A stretch of DNA of 20,106 nucleotides from Polyangiales bacterium. GTDB lineage: Bacteria > Myxococcota_A > Polyangia > Polyangiales > Houyiibacteriaceae. Below, piece after piece: positions 8,202 to 16,867 of this stretch. A program made the position numbers and the translations under genes. The notes beneath the pieces were generated by a model that was given only the letters and a program-made list of their open reading frames with translations, did not search any database and was not told the DNA's origin. How positions within the stretch are numbered: the stretch's first letter is position 1; each line of letters begins with the position of its first letter. The stretch covers positions 1 through 20,106 of the forward strand of contig JBGCFM010000211.1 in the NCBI GenBank assembly GCA_045106895.1, read 5' to 3'.

Positions 8202-8207
8202 AGCCTA
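8202..8207 (-). promoter_or_regulatory. -10 element for a leaderless helicase transcript
   Basis: Minus strand TAGGCT ending 6 nt before GTG 8195; no SD in the 17-bp gap. Confidence 0.5.
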
Positions 8208-8212
8208 CCCGC

Positions 8213-9382
8213 TTAGGCGCCTGCGGTGGTCTCGAAACCCATGCCGGCGGCCTTCAAGCGGTCGACAAGGGTCTGACCCACGCCCACGACGGGTGTCACC
8301 ACACCGCTATGCTCAGGCAGCTCGTCCAAAGCGAGGGCGAGACCGCATTCCGCGACCATTTTTGCCGTCTCTGTGTAGCCCGGGTCACCGCCGGAGACCA
8401 CGACCTGGGCCTTCTTGCCGCCGCCTTCGCCGATGAACGTCGCCGTGAACCACGACTTCTCGCGCTCTTCTTCGGAGGGGCCTTCGCCGCTGCCTTTGAC
8501 CTTCTGGAGAAGCTTCCGGGTCGGCTCAAACTGGGCCAGCACTGCGATGCCGCCGACAGCGACACCTCCGGCGAGGACCGTAGGGAGCTTCTTCACCTGC
8601 GCGTAGTGTCCGTAGCGGAACTCCGGTCCGTACTCGTTGAGTGCTTTGGCCGAGCGTCGCACGATCTCCGGATCGATGGTTGGAAGCGGAACCGCCCAAC
8701 AAGACAGCTCCTTCTCGCGATACACGCGCATGGGCAAAGACTTCACCGTCCGGCCGTTCGTTGCTGAACGGCGCGGCTGCTGCTTTCGCTTCGCTGCGTG
8801 CTCACGAACGTTCGCCATCGCGTTCACCGCCGACTGCCACGTGCCGCCGCTGAAGGTGCCCTTGCTTCGCACAAACCCGCGCACCGTCATGGGCTGGTCC
8901 GCTGGCAGCTCTCGCGCACAGAGCCAAGCGCCAAAGTCGTGGGGGATGCTGTCGAATCCGCAGCAGCTGACGACCTTCACGCCCTTCTCTTTGGCGGCGT
9001 CGTGGTAGCGCAGCGTCGCATCGACGAACTCAGGTTCGCCGGTGATGTCGCAGTAGTGCGTGCCTTCTTCGACGCAGGCAGCGACGAGGGGCTCGCCGTA
9101 ACGAATGAAAGGGCCCACGGTGGAGATCACCGCGCGCGTCTGCGCAGCCATGCGATGCAGCGACTCCGGGTCATCGGCGGAGGCCTCGATAATGGGGAGC
9201 CCGCGCCAGCGTGCGTCAATCTTCTCAAGACGGGTCCGGAGAGCTTCGAGCTTTCCTTTGTTGCGGCCGGCGATGGCCCACCGCTCCGTCTCGCCCTTGC
9301 GAGCCATGTACTCGGCAGCGAGGGAGCCCGTGAAACCGGTGGCTCCGTAAACAACAACGTCGAATGATCGTCCTTTGCGCAT
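8213..9382 (-). CDS. Saccharopine dehydrogenase-like NAD(P)-binding oxidoreductase (SCCPDH/trans-acting enoyl reductase family)
   Basis: VYGATGFTG Rossmann motif, AIAGRN, TVGPF-x-x-YGEP, YCDITGEP, CCGFDSIPHD, FSGGT, GDPGYTETAKM. Confidence 0.88.
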   Translation of the reverse strand: MRKGRSFDVVVYGATGFTGSLAAEYMARKGETERWAIAGRNKGKLEALRTRLEKIDARWRGLPIIEASADDPESLHRMAAQTRAVISTVGPFIRYGEPLVAACVEEGTHYCDITGEPEFVDATLRYHDAAKEKGVKVVSCCGFDSIPHDFGAWLCARELPADQPMTVRGFVRSKGTFSGGTWQSAVNAMANVREHAAKRKQQPRRSATNGRTVKSLPMRVYREKELSCWAVPLPTIDPEIVRRSAKALNEYGPEFRYGHYAQVKKLPTVLAGGVAVGGIAVLAQFEPTRKLLQKVKGSGEGPSEEEREKSWFTATFIGEGGGKKAQVVVSGGDPGYTETAKMVAECGLALALDELPEHSGVVTPVVGVGQTLVDRLKAAGMGFETTAGA

Positions 9383-9388
9383 GGCGGC

Positions 9389-9394
9389 ACCCTA
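9389..9394 (-). promoter_or_regulatory. -10 element for a leaderless reductase transcript
   Basis: Minus strand TAGGGT ending 6 nt before ATG 9382; no SD. Confidence 0.5.
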
Positions 9395-9422
9395 GCTCGC
9401 GGTCGCGGGAGCGCATTGCGAT

Positions 9423-9459
9423 AAACGAAAAAAGGAACGCCATCCGTCGAGGTGGCTTC
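9423..9459 (-). terminator. Possible intrinsic terminator after the large repeat-protein gene
   Basis: Minus strand bulged hairpin GAAGCCACC-TCGAC-GGATGGCGTTC followed by CTTTTTTCGTTT. Confidence 0.4.
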
Positions 9460-9477
9460 GCTATCGATACGTTTGCG

Positions 9478-12400
9478 CTACCGCCAGGTCTCCTCGACGG
9501 ACCTGACAAGCGCTTCCCAGCTGGTGTGTTTTCGTGCCTGGAGGCCGTGGGGAAGCTCTCCTCGCCTGCGCTCGGACCAGCCGAGGCAGAGTTTGCACCA
9601 GCCGAGCAACGCGTCGCGGACGCCATTCCACTCCGGCGGCGGCTGCGAATTGAGGCGTGCATGAAGTTCAAGGGCGAGCCACGCGAGGTGTTCGTCCTCG
9701 CCGCGCGGCCAAGTCTTTGCGATGCAGCCCGCCATCTTTTCGATGCGCGCTGGCGAAACCTGAGGGTGGATGACCAGTGACGCGAGAAGCGGAATGCCTC
9801 GCATCTGCGCGACTCCCTCACGACTCTCAAAGAAGCGCTCAAGGGTGCCGATGTCTTCAGGTTGGCCAACAAAGCCGAGGGCAGTGAACGCGCTGTGCTC
9901 ACCCGCTGCGTGGTCAACGAGGTCGAGGGCCGCGAGGGCCAGCGGCCGCGCTTCGGGAGCCCGAAGGCGCCCAAGGGCGACGAGCACCGCTGCGTTGTGC
10001 TCCAATGCATAGGTTTCGAGGAGTATCGGTACCGCACGCACGTCTCCGATTCGCGCGAATGCTTGGGCGACGTGTCTGCGCTCGAAGTCCGTGCCGGCGT
10101 GTCGTGCGTACTCGAGGAGAGTCGGCACAGCGCCCGGTGACGCAAGGTAACCGAGGAGCTCTGTCTGTTTCCAGCCGGCGGAGCTTGTATCAAGGCTCTG
10201 GCAGAGCGCCGGCACGTGGCGCGCGTCGACGATTTCGGCGAGAGCCTCGACGGCGGCGATGCGCAGACAAAGCGACGCGTTGTTCACAGCATGATGAACC
10301 AAGGCATCACGCGCGCTTGTCGCGTGGAAGGACCCAAGTGTGTGGCAGGCGTGCTCCGCCAGTTCATCGTCATCGTCTTCAAGAGCGTCGATGAGACGTT
10401 GAACTCGTTCGGGAGAGTCGCCGGCGGGCAGCAGCTGCACTCGCTCCAGCCGTGGAAATGAAGCGAGCAGTGCTTCTAGGGAATCGAGGGACGCCTGCGA
10501 AGGCAGCGCGTCGGTCTCGCTCTCTCCGTCTCCGAGAGCGAAGGAACGGAGTGAGTTCTGGGGAAGCTTGTCTAAGCGCTGCATGAAAGGCTTGAGCCAA
10601 AACTGTGTCGCCTTTCGCGGCGCGACTTCGTAGTCGTGGGGAAGGCGCTTCTTCCCCTGCACTGCGCGCGCGCTCCACCCGTCTTGTTTCTCAAAAAGAA
10701 GTTCGCAGCGGTCCAAACCGTGATCGTGGTTGTCCTCTGTCCAAGCGAAGTTGATTCGCTCAAAGACGCTGCTGAGGAGCGCCTCGGCGAGCTCCGGAGT
10801 CAGTTTAGCTTGGGCCCCAGCGTCAACTTCGAAATGAAGATGGCTCAGCTCCTCAGCCTTCAGCAAGGGCTGCAGCGGCGAAGCCTTGGCGCCTAAAGGA
10901 AAGCGAACTCGCAACGTGTGCAGGTTTGGGAGGGCGCAGAGCGTGGCGATAAGACTCGGCGAAGACTGGGCCTCACTCGGTTCAAGGGTCACCAGCTCAT
11001 ACTGAGTCGCGCCGCGATGGACGAGTTCAAGCAGCCCGTGATTGGAGACGCCGTCGAGGTGCTTCAGTGAGCGCATCACCGGATGAGCGAAGGCGTCGAC
11101 GGTTGCCGAAGGAACCTTCTTCGCGAGCTCGCGATCGTAACGCAGCCATGAGCTGGCGCGCGAGCGAATCGCCTCAAGCGTGCCCCAGAACGGGTGGCCC
11201 ACAAAAGAAGGGGGGAGCGGGTCGCCAAACTCCTCGATGTCGAGCGTGCATCGCACCACGAAGCCACGTTCGAACACGAGGTCTTCGACGAGGTGCGAGA
11301 AAGGCTCCACCCACTGCATCTCATACTCCGACTGCAGGAGCTTCTCCGTCTCGAGCTCGCTCTCGCCGCCCCGCGCGCGCTCGATCTGAAGGCGGATGAA
11401 CTCGGCGCGTGGGGCGTCTCCCAAGAAGTCGGCGTACGCGAGGCGTGGTGCGTCGTTGTCTAAGTCCTCGATGACCGCAGCGAGGAGGGCGCGCGCCTTT
11501 GAAGAGCGCTCCTGCGTGCGCAAGCGTTGCTCTTCGCGTCGCTTTTCCTCGATGGCGTACTCCCTACGGGCCGTGTCGAGCATCGCGAGGGCGGCATCAT
11601 CGAGGTCGACGATTTGCAGAACGCCTTCCAGTTCATCCGCCGACTTTGCGAGTTGCGCCTTGAGGAAGCCTCCAACGCAAAAGGCTGTGTACATGTCCGC
11701 CTCAGCTTCGGCGTCCGCCTCGTGGGTGAGTGAAAGAACACGGCCGGAAAATGCCCGCATCGGTGCAACGAGCCGCACGTCTCGTAGCGAAACGCAGGTG
11801 CTGAGCACTTCGCCCCAGAAGTCGCCGACGCCGTTCTCCCCTCGCATCGCGAATAGGAAAAGTGGCGCTTCGAAGAAGCGAATGAGATCACTCGCCGCCC
11901 GCGGGTCGTCTCTGTGCTTTGCCTCCCAAACGAGTTCCGCGGCTTTGAATGCGCCAACATCGCGTTCGGAGCCTTCGCCCGGAATAAACGCATCGGACAT
12001 CTCTCGAACAAGGTCCGGCACTTTTGGGTCACGCATCTGTTGCAGGTCGAGGACATCAGCAACGAGAGGGTTCCGCGTCCGTCGCCAAAGAGCGAGGAGC
12101 GGATCGACGGCGTTCTCTTGTGCGCGAAGCGGCGGAGGACTTGGGGATTCGCCATCCACAAGCTCACGCGGAGTCGCTGGGCCAAGGAGCGCTTCGAGCC
12201 CTGAGCACATTCGGCTTTCGTCCGGCGACAGACTGACCTCCGGCATGGCGTCGAGGGTCTTAGCGAGGCGCTCGAGCTTTGGCACGAGCCAACGCTCAAT
12301 CGTCCCTTGCCGAGCGGCAAACTCCACGGAAATTTCACGGAGGAGCTGCGCGACCCGTTTGTCGCGGGAGCCCTCCAATTGAACGAAGAGCTCTTGCAGG

Positions 12401-13266
12401 CCGTCTTCGACGGCTTTCTGTGCAGGGAGCGCCGTAGTTCGCAGACGCGAGAGCATGCCTTTCGCAAAACGTGGATCCCAGGTCTCCGAGATGAGCAGGA
12501 CAAGGTCTTCTTCGTCGCCCCTCTTCGCGGGAGCGCCGTCCCTTAGGCAGTACCAGCGCGTGGACGCCATGAGCCCATCTAGAAGCTCTACGGCATCGCT
12601 GGCGAAGCGCTCTTCCAGCGCTGCCCCTTCGTACCCAGCTGGCACGCCGGCGCGCTCCGTCACGACATCGACGAGGTCCGCAACACGCGAACTTCGTGTC
12701 TCAGACCAGAACCACAGAAGTGCAGGCAGCGCGCTCGCATACTCTCGCGCCTCACAAGCCTCCAGAGCCACCTCGATCCAGGTGGGTTCCCGAACCTCGG
12801 CGCCCGCGTCCTCACTCGCGAGCTCGTCCCAACGGGCGTGTGTACGAAAATCATCGAAGAGCGGATCATCCAAGAAAGGAGCGAGATCTTGCTCGTGTTG
12901 TTTCGCCAGAAGCAGATGCCGAAGCACGGGTTCTGCATCATCGAAGTGCGCGTACACCGCGGCGGCGTTGACGTGCATCGGGGGGTTGAGCTTCGCGCGA
13001 AAGACCGTCGCCCGAAGAAAACGTCTCGCCTGTGCCTCGTCGAAGGGCAACGAGGTGTTGTCCGATTGAACAACCCACAGCGCGTTGCAGAGGACTTGAA
13101 GGTCGTTCCGTACGTAAGGAATGAGCGCATCACACGTCAGCAGCGCGCGCTCGTACTCGCCTTCGGTGATGAGTCGATGGACCTCGGGGCTGAGTTTGCG
13201 CCGAACCGAGTCACTCGCCACTTTTGACAGATCGTCCTGCACTTCGTCTTCCACGCCCTCCGCCAC
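9478..13266 (-). CDS. Large mosaic repeat protein: TPR-like N-domain, duplicated helical module, TIGR02996-like domain, degenerate LRR-like region and C-terminal HEAT-like repeats
   Basis: LLAAVIEDLDNDAPRLAYADFL...PRAEFIRLQ matches the TIGR02996 pattern. HEAT-like units LIDALEDDDDELAEHACHTLG, LRIAAVEALAEI, VAQAFARIGDVRAVPIL. Start uncertain: GTG 13266 is favoured by an extended -10, ATG 13278 is the alternative. The extension to 13452 runs through a terminator. Confidence 0.78.
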   Translation of the reverse strand: MAEGVEDEVQDDLSKVASDSVRRKLSPEVHRLITEGEYERALLTCDALIPYVRNDLQVLCNALWVVQSDNTSLPFDEAQARRFLRATVFRAKLNPPMHVNAAAVYAHFDDAEPVLRHLLLAKQHEQDLAPFLDDPLFDDFRTHARWDELASEDAGAEVREPTWIEVALEACEAREYASALPALLWFWSETRSSRVADLVDVVTERAGVPAGYEGAALEERFASDAVELLDGLMASTRWYCLRDGAPAKRGDEEDLVLLISETWDPRFAKGMLSRLRTTALPAQKAVEDGLQELFVQLEGSRDKRVAQLLREISVEFAARQGTIERWLVPKLERLAKTLDAMPEVSLSPDESRMCSGLEALLGPATPRELVDGESPSPPPLRAQENAVDPLLALWRRTRNPLVADVLDLQQMRDPKVPDLVREMSDAFIPGEGSERDVGAFKAAELVWEAKHRDDPRAASDLIRFFEAPLFLFAMRGENGVGDFWGEVLSTCVSLRDVRLVAPMRAFSGRVLSLTHEADAEAEADMYTAFCVGGFLKAQLAKSADELEGVLQIVDLDDAALAMLDTARREYAIEEKRREEQRLRTQERSSKARALLAAVIEDLDNDAPRLAYADFLGDAPRAEFIRLQIERARGGESELETEKLLQSEYEMQWVEPFSHLVEDLVFERGFVVRCTLDIEEFGDPLPPSFVGHPFWGTLEAIRSRASSWLRYDRELAKKVPSATVDAFAHPVMRSLKHLDGVSNHGLLELVHRGATQYELVTLEPSEAQSSPSLIATLCALPNLHTLRVRFPLGAKASPLQPLLKAEELSHLHFEVDAGAQAKLTPELAEALLSSVFERINFAWTEDNHDHGLDRCELLFEKQDGWSARAVQGKKRLPHDYEVAPRKATQFWLKPFMQRLDKLPQNSLRSFALGDGESETDALPSQASLDSLEALLASFPRLERVQLLPAGDSPERVQRLIDALEDDDDELAEHACHTLGSFHATSARDALVHHAVNNASLCLRIAAVEALAEIVDARHVPALCQSLDTSSAGWKQTELLGYLASPGAVPTLLEYARHAGTDFERRHVAQAFARIGDVRAVPILLETYALEHNAAVLVALGRLRAPEARPLALAALDLVDHAAGEHSAFTALGFVGQPEDIGTLERFFESREGVAQMRGIPLLASLVIHPQVSPARIEKMAGCIAKTWPRGEDEHLAWLALELHARLNSQPPPEWNGVRDALLGWCKLCLGWSERRRGELPHGLQARKHTSWEALVRSVEETWR

Positions 13267-13273
13267 CCACGGG

Positions 13274-13282
13274 AGCATATCA
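13274..13282 (-). promoter_or_regulatory. Extended -10 element for a leaderless transcript
   Basis: Minus strand TG-A-TATGCT ending 7 nt before in-frame GTG 13266. Confidence 0.5.
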
Positions 13283-13325
13283 AGAAGACGTGCACGATCC
13301 TGCGTCTGGCACTCGGAGCGCAGAC

Positions 13326-13363
13326 AAAAAAAGCACCGCCCCAAAAAGGCGGTGCTTCTTTTT
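13326..13363 (-). terminator. Rho-independent terminator of the flotillin operon (potentially bidirectional)
   Basis: Perfect 10-bp stem AAGCACCGCC/GGCGGTGCTT with a 7-nt loop and T-tracts on both strands, about 15 nt after the flotillin stop. Confidence 0.9.
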
Positions 13364-13378
13364 CGATGTACAGCCTTG

Positions 13379-14671
13379 CTACTCAGCAGGGACGTATTCT
13401 TGAGGCTGCTGACTCTGCGCGATTCCGTCGCCCATGCGCGACTTGAACACACCGGCGACGTCGATGCCCGTGGCGGCTTTGATCTGCTCGTTGGTGTTCA
13501 CCAACTTGCCCGCCAAGCTTCCGCCCTTGTTGGAGCCCTCGTCGCTGCCTTTGCCGATGACCGTGAGGCGATCCACGTGGAGCTCGCCGATGGTGCCGGC
13601 GACCTGCTCGAGAACCGGAACAAGCTTCTGCATAAGAAGAATGTCTCGGCCCGCTGTGCCCTGCTCGCGGTAAGACTTGGCGATGTCCGTGAGGACCTTC
13701 GCCGTTGCCTTGCCTTGTTCAACAATGGCAACAGCGCCGGCCTTGGCGTTGGCGATGGCTTCGTCCCGTGCAGCTTCCGCGGGGCGAACGATGTCGGCCT
13801 GTAGCTTGAGCCGCACCTGCTCGATTCGAGCGTCCTGCATCGCAAGCTCCGCTTGGCTCTGAGCGAGGACCGCTTTGACCTCCGCGAGCTGCTCGGCGAT
13901 GAGCGCGCCACGACGTGTCGTCGCGTCGGCGATACGCCGTTCATTGTCCTTGCGGGCAATCTCGATTTGCGTGTGCACCTGAGCGAGCTCACCCGCCATG
14001 CTGTTCTGCCACTTGACCTCTGCAGCGTCGGCTTGTGCGTCCGCTTCAGCGATCTGCGCGTCACGACGAATCGCAGCGCTTCGGGTGCGGCCGATGGCGT
14101 CGAGGTAGCCCACTTCATCACTCACGTTCTGAATGTTGAGCGTGTCGAGAACCAGACCGATGCGTTCAAGGTCGTGCCCTGCTTCTTCCGTGAGCTTGGC
14201 GGCGAAGGCCTCCTTGTCACGGTTGACCTCTTCCGGCGTGAGACCTGCAAGAACACCACGAAGGTTTCCTTCCAGAGTCTCCCGTGCGACGCGCATGATC
14301 TCTTCACGGCTTCGCCCAAGGAAACGCTCCAGGGCGTTGTGAATCAGCGGCATCTCACCAGGGACCTTGATATTCGCGACGCCCTGCACGGTGAGCGGAA
14401 TGCCACCCTTCGAGTATGCGTTTCGAACCACGATCTCGATGATCATATTCGTCAGGTCGATGCGATCGACGGTCTCGATGAGAGGCATGCGGACCGTGGT
14501 GCCGCCCTTGACGATGCGGTAGCCGATGCGGCCTGCGGAACCTGCCTTGGGGCGACCACTGAAGATCAGGACTTCATTGGGCTGGCAGACGTAGAGGAGG
14601 TTCTTGAGGATGAGGGCGACGGTGGCGATGCCGATAACGCCGATGCCCATCAGTGTAAGTGCTGCACCCAT
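13379..14671 (-). CDS. Flotillin-family SPFH (band 7) protein, second paralog
   Basis: N-terminal TM helix, PNEVLIFSG, AYSKGGIPLTVQGVANIK, ETLEGNLRGVLAGLTPEEVN, LNIQNVSDEVGYLDAIG, A/E-rich coiled coil. TGATG overlap with the upstream paralog. Confidence 0.92.
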   Translation of the reverse strand: MGAALTLMGIGVIGIATVALILKNLLYVCQPNEVLIFSGRPKAGSAGRIGYRIVKGGTTVRMPLIETVDRIDLTNMIIEIVVRNAYSKGGIPLTVQGVANIKVPGEMPLIHNALERFLGRSREEIMRVARETLEGNLRGVLAGLTPEEVNRDKEAFAAKLTEEAGHDLERIGLVLDTLNIQNVSDEVGYLDAIGRTRSAAIRRDAQIAEADAQADAAEVKWQNSMAGELAQVHTQIEIARKDNERRIADATTRRGALIAEQLAEVKAVLAQSQAELAMQDARIEQVRLKLQADIVRPAEAARDEAIANAKAGAVAIVEQGKATAKVLTDIAKSYREQGTAGRDILLMQKLVPVLEQVAGTIGELHVDRLTVIGKGSDEGSNKGGSLAGKLVNTNEQIKAATGIDVAGVFKSRMGDGIAQSQQPQEYVPAE

Positions 14672-16011
14672 CAGTTTGCTCCCTGCTGCTGTTCGCCTGC
14701 GAGAATCGCAGGAATGTTCACACCTGTAGAATCGCCGAGGGCGCGCATGACGCTGGCGACCATCTGTGGATAGGTCGCGGCGTAGCTGGCCATGCCAGAG
14801 CCATCGCCCTGGTCGAGGACCGTGACTTCATCGACGCTAACGTCCTGAAGCTGGTTCACCACAGTCCCAACGATCTCTTCGAGATGCTGAATGACGTAGA
14901 TCTCGCGAGCCTGAGGGCCCATTGAGCGCCAAGCCTCACCCATCAGGTCGAGAACGAGAACCGCGGCGGCACCATTCTCTGCGGTGGGAGCGGCTTCGCC
15001 GACGGCGAGGATCGCCTTCGCTTGTCGCTGCGCCTCCGCGGGAATGACAACGTCTGCCTTGAGGCGCTTCTCTTCCAGAACAGCACGAAGCTGCTGGAGT
15101 TCACGCTCGGCTTCGGCGCGTGCGGTTTGCGCAGCGGCGACGGCTTCGCGTTCGACGGCCTGAGCTGCACCTTCGAGCTCAGCTGTGACCTGACGAAGCT
15201 CATTTCGCTTCTCGAGGACGCTGGTCTGCGCCGTAGCGCGAGCGACCTCGGCTCGGCGGTTTGATTCAGCGACGGCGCGGGTGACCTGTTGCTGCGCGAT
15301 GTTCTCTGCGTTCTCCGCATCACGAAGAGCCGTCGCGATGGCCGGACGACCAAGGCTGTCCAAGTACCCGGTCTCATCGGCGACGGTCTGAATCTTCAGC
15401 GTGTCGAGATGAAGGCCGAGCTTGTTGAGGTCGTCGAGGGCGGCGTGAGTCAGCTTTTCAGCGAAGGCCAAGCGGTCTTCGTTGACCTGCTCCGGCGTCA
15501 GCCTCGCGATGACTTCACGAACGGCGCCTTCCAAGGTTTGCTGCGCAACCTGCTGGATTTCCTGCACGCTTCGGTTGAGGAAACGTTCGATGGCGTTGCC
15601 GATGTGACTGGGATCCGAGTGGATCTTCACGTTCGCGATGGCGTGAATCTGCAGCGGGATATTACCGGCGGAGTACGCGTTGTTGACGACGATATCGATG
15701 GGGAGGAGGCGCATGTCCATGCGGTCCACTCGCTCGATGATCGGCCAGCGCCACGCGCGATGACCCTGCGTGACGACTTTGTAGCCAAGACGTGTTCCAT
15801 CGGCATTCGTGTGCTTTTTACCACTGAAAACCAGGGCTTCGTTGGGCCTCGCGATTTTCAGGAAAGACTTCGCGATGGCCACGAAGACGAGCACGAAGAC
15901 CGCGAATCCGAAAGCGGCGAGGACGACTGTCCAAAGGACGGAGTCTCCCATCACGGCTTCGAGTCCGCTCGGCTCGGCTGGCATGGTTGGGTAGGTTGGT
16001 TGCAGTTGCAT
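14671..16011 (-). CDS. Flotillin-family SPFH (band 7) protein, first paralog
   Basis: TM helix, PNEALVFSG, AYSAGNIPL, QTLEGAVREVIARLTPEQVN, LKIQTVADETGYLDSLG, AEA-rich coiled coil. The start could be a downstream ATG. Confidence 0.92.
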   Translation of the reverse strand: MQLQPTYPTMPAEPSGLEAVMGDSVLWTVVLAAFGFAVFVLVFVAIAKSFLKIARPNEALVFSGKKHTNADGTRLGYKVVTQGHRAWRWPIIERVDRMDMRLLPIDIVVNNAYSAGNIPLQIHAIANVKIHSDPSHIGNAIERFLNRSVQEIQQVAQQTLEGAVREVIARLTPEQVNEDRLAFAEKLTHAALDDLNKLGLHLDTLKIQTVADETGYLDSLGRPAIATALRDAENAENIAQQQVTRAVAESNRRAEVARATAQTSVLEKRNELRQVTAELEGAAQAVEREAVAAAQTARAEAERELQQLRAVLEEKRLKADVVIPAEAQRQAKAILAVGEAAPTAENGAAAVLVLDLMGEAWRSMGPQAREIYVIQHLEEIVGTVVNQLQDVSVDEVTVLDQGDGSGMASYAATYPQMVASVMRALGDSTGVNIPAILAGEQQQGAN

Positions 16012-16088
16012 GTTTTCTTTTCTATCCCCCTGACCCGCACAAAACGGGCGTCATTTGTGTTGGCGACGCTTCACACGCCGATGAAAAA

Positions 16089-16694
16089 CTAAGCTCGATT
16101 AAGTCGCGCGACTCGTGCCCGTGTACCGTCGAGTTCCAGAACTAAGACGTCGTCTTCAGCAGTCAATGGCACTTCCTCGTCGGTCACGGCGAGAAGCTCG
16201 ACGTTCTGTCCGCGGATTTCGACGCGCACTTTGCCGACGCCGCCCGCCTTGACCGGTACGACGACACGTGCCGTTTTCCCGACATAGTCTTTGGCTTCGG
16301 CGCCGCGACCCGAGTCGTCGCGCGCGAGACGTCTGATGATCGCAGACGCTGACCAGCCGAGAGTGATGCCCATCGCGGACGCGGCGATGAACGCTGGCAC
16401 CGTCGACATGAGACCGAGACCTTCAAGGGCGAGGCCGGTGAGACCAAAGAACGCGGAGAAGAACGTCCAGAAGCGAACGGACTTGAGCGGCCAGAAGAAC
16501 GCGTCACCGGCGTCGCCAATGTCGAAGTCCTTGTCGAAGCCGGTGTCGGCATCGAGGTCCATCTCTGCATCCAGGTCCAGGTCCAGGTCCGCGTCGATGT
16601 CGGCGTCCACGTCACCGTGGCCTCCTAAGAGAATGCTCGTTCCGAGTAGAACGCCGCCGAAGATCAATGTTGCTAGGTAGATGTAGATGAGCAC
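16089..16694 (-). CDS. NfeD-like (YuaF/YqiJ-type) membrane protein, flotillin operon partner
   Basis: Three hydrophobic helices (including FFSAFFGLTG), an Asp-rich loop and a C-terminal OB-fold-like segment VGKTARVVVPV..GGVGKVRVEIRG; lies immediately upstream of the SPFH genes. Confidence 0.85.
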   Translation of the reverse strand: MLIYIYLATLIFGGVLLGTSILLGGHGDVDADIDADLDLDLDAEMDLDADTGFDKDFDIGDAGDAFFWPLKSVRFWTFFSAFFGLTGLALEGLGLMSTVPAFIAASAMGITLGWSASAIIRRLARDDSGRGAEAKDYVGKTARVVVPVKAGGVGKVRVEIRGQNVELLAVTDEEVPLTAEDDVLVLELDGTRARVARLNRA

Positions 16695-16705
16695 GATGGG
16701 GTCGA

Positions 16706-16711
16706 AGCATA
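16706..16711 (-). promoter_or_regulatory. -10 element of the nfeD-flotillin operon (very short leader)
   Basis: Minus strand TATGCT ending 11 nt before GTG 16694; no SD. Confidence 0.4.
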
Positions 16712-16867
16712 TCCCAGGCAGGCGGGGAAAGAACTCCCCCTGGCCGGTGACAGGGCACTGGCAATGCGAAGAGCATGCCGGCTCTCAATTGTCGCTAAAA
16801 GAAGGATAAACCACCGCTGTGACGGCCTGCGGCCCAAAAGAGTCGAGCAAAAATGCCCGGTCGGGCG

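Noticed and set aside
11396..12503. 328-aa (+) and 347-aa (-) alternative-frame ORFs inside the large gene
   Set aside because: Ser/Arg-rich, low-information translations typical of high-GC off-frames.
13279..13452. N-terminal 58 aa of the 1324-aa ORF
   Set aside because: Overlaps the flotillin 3' end and crosses its terminator; likely non-coding.
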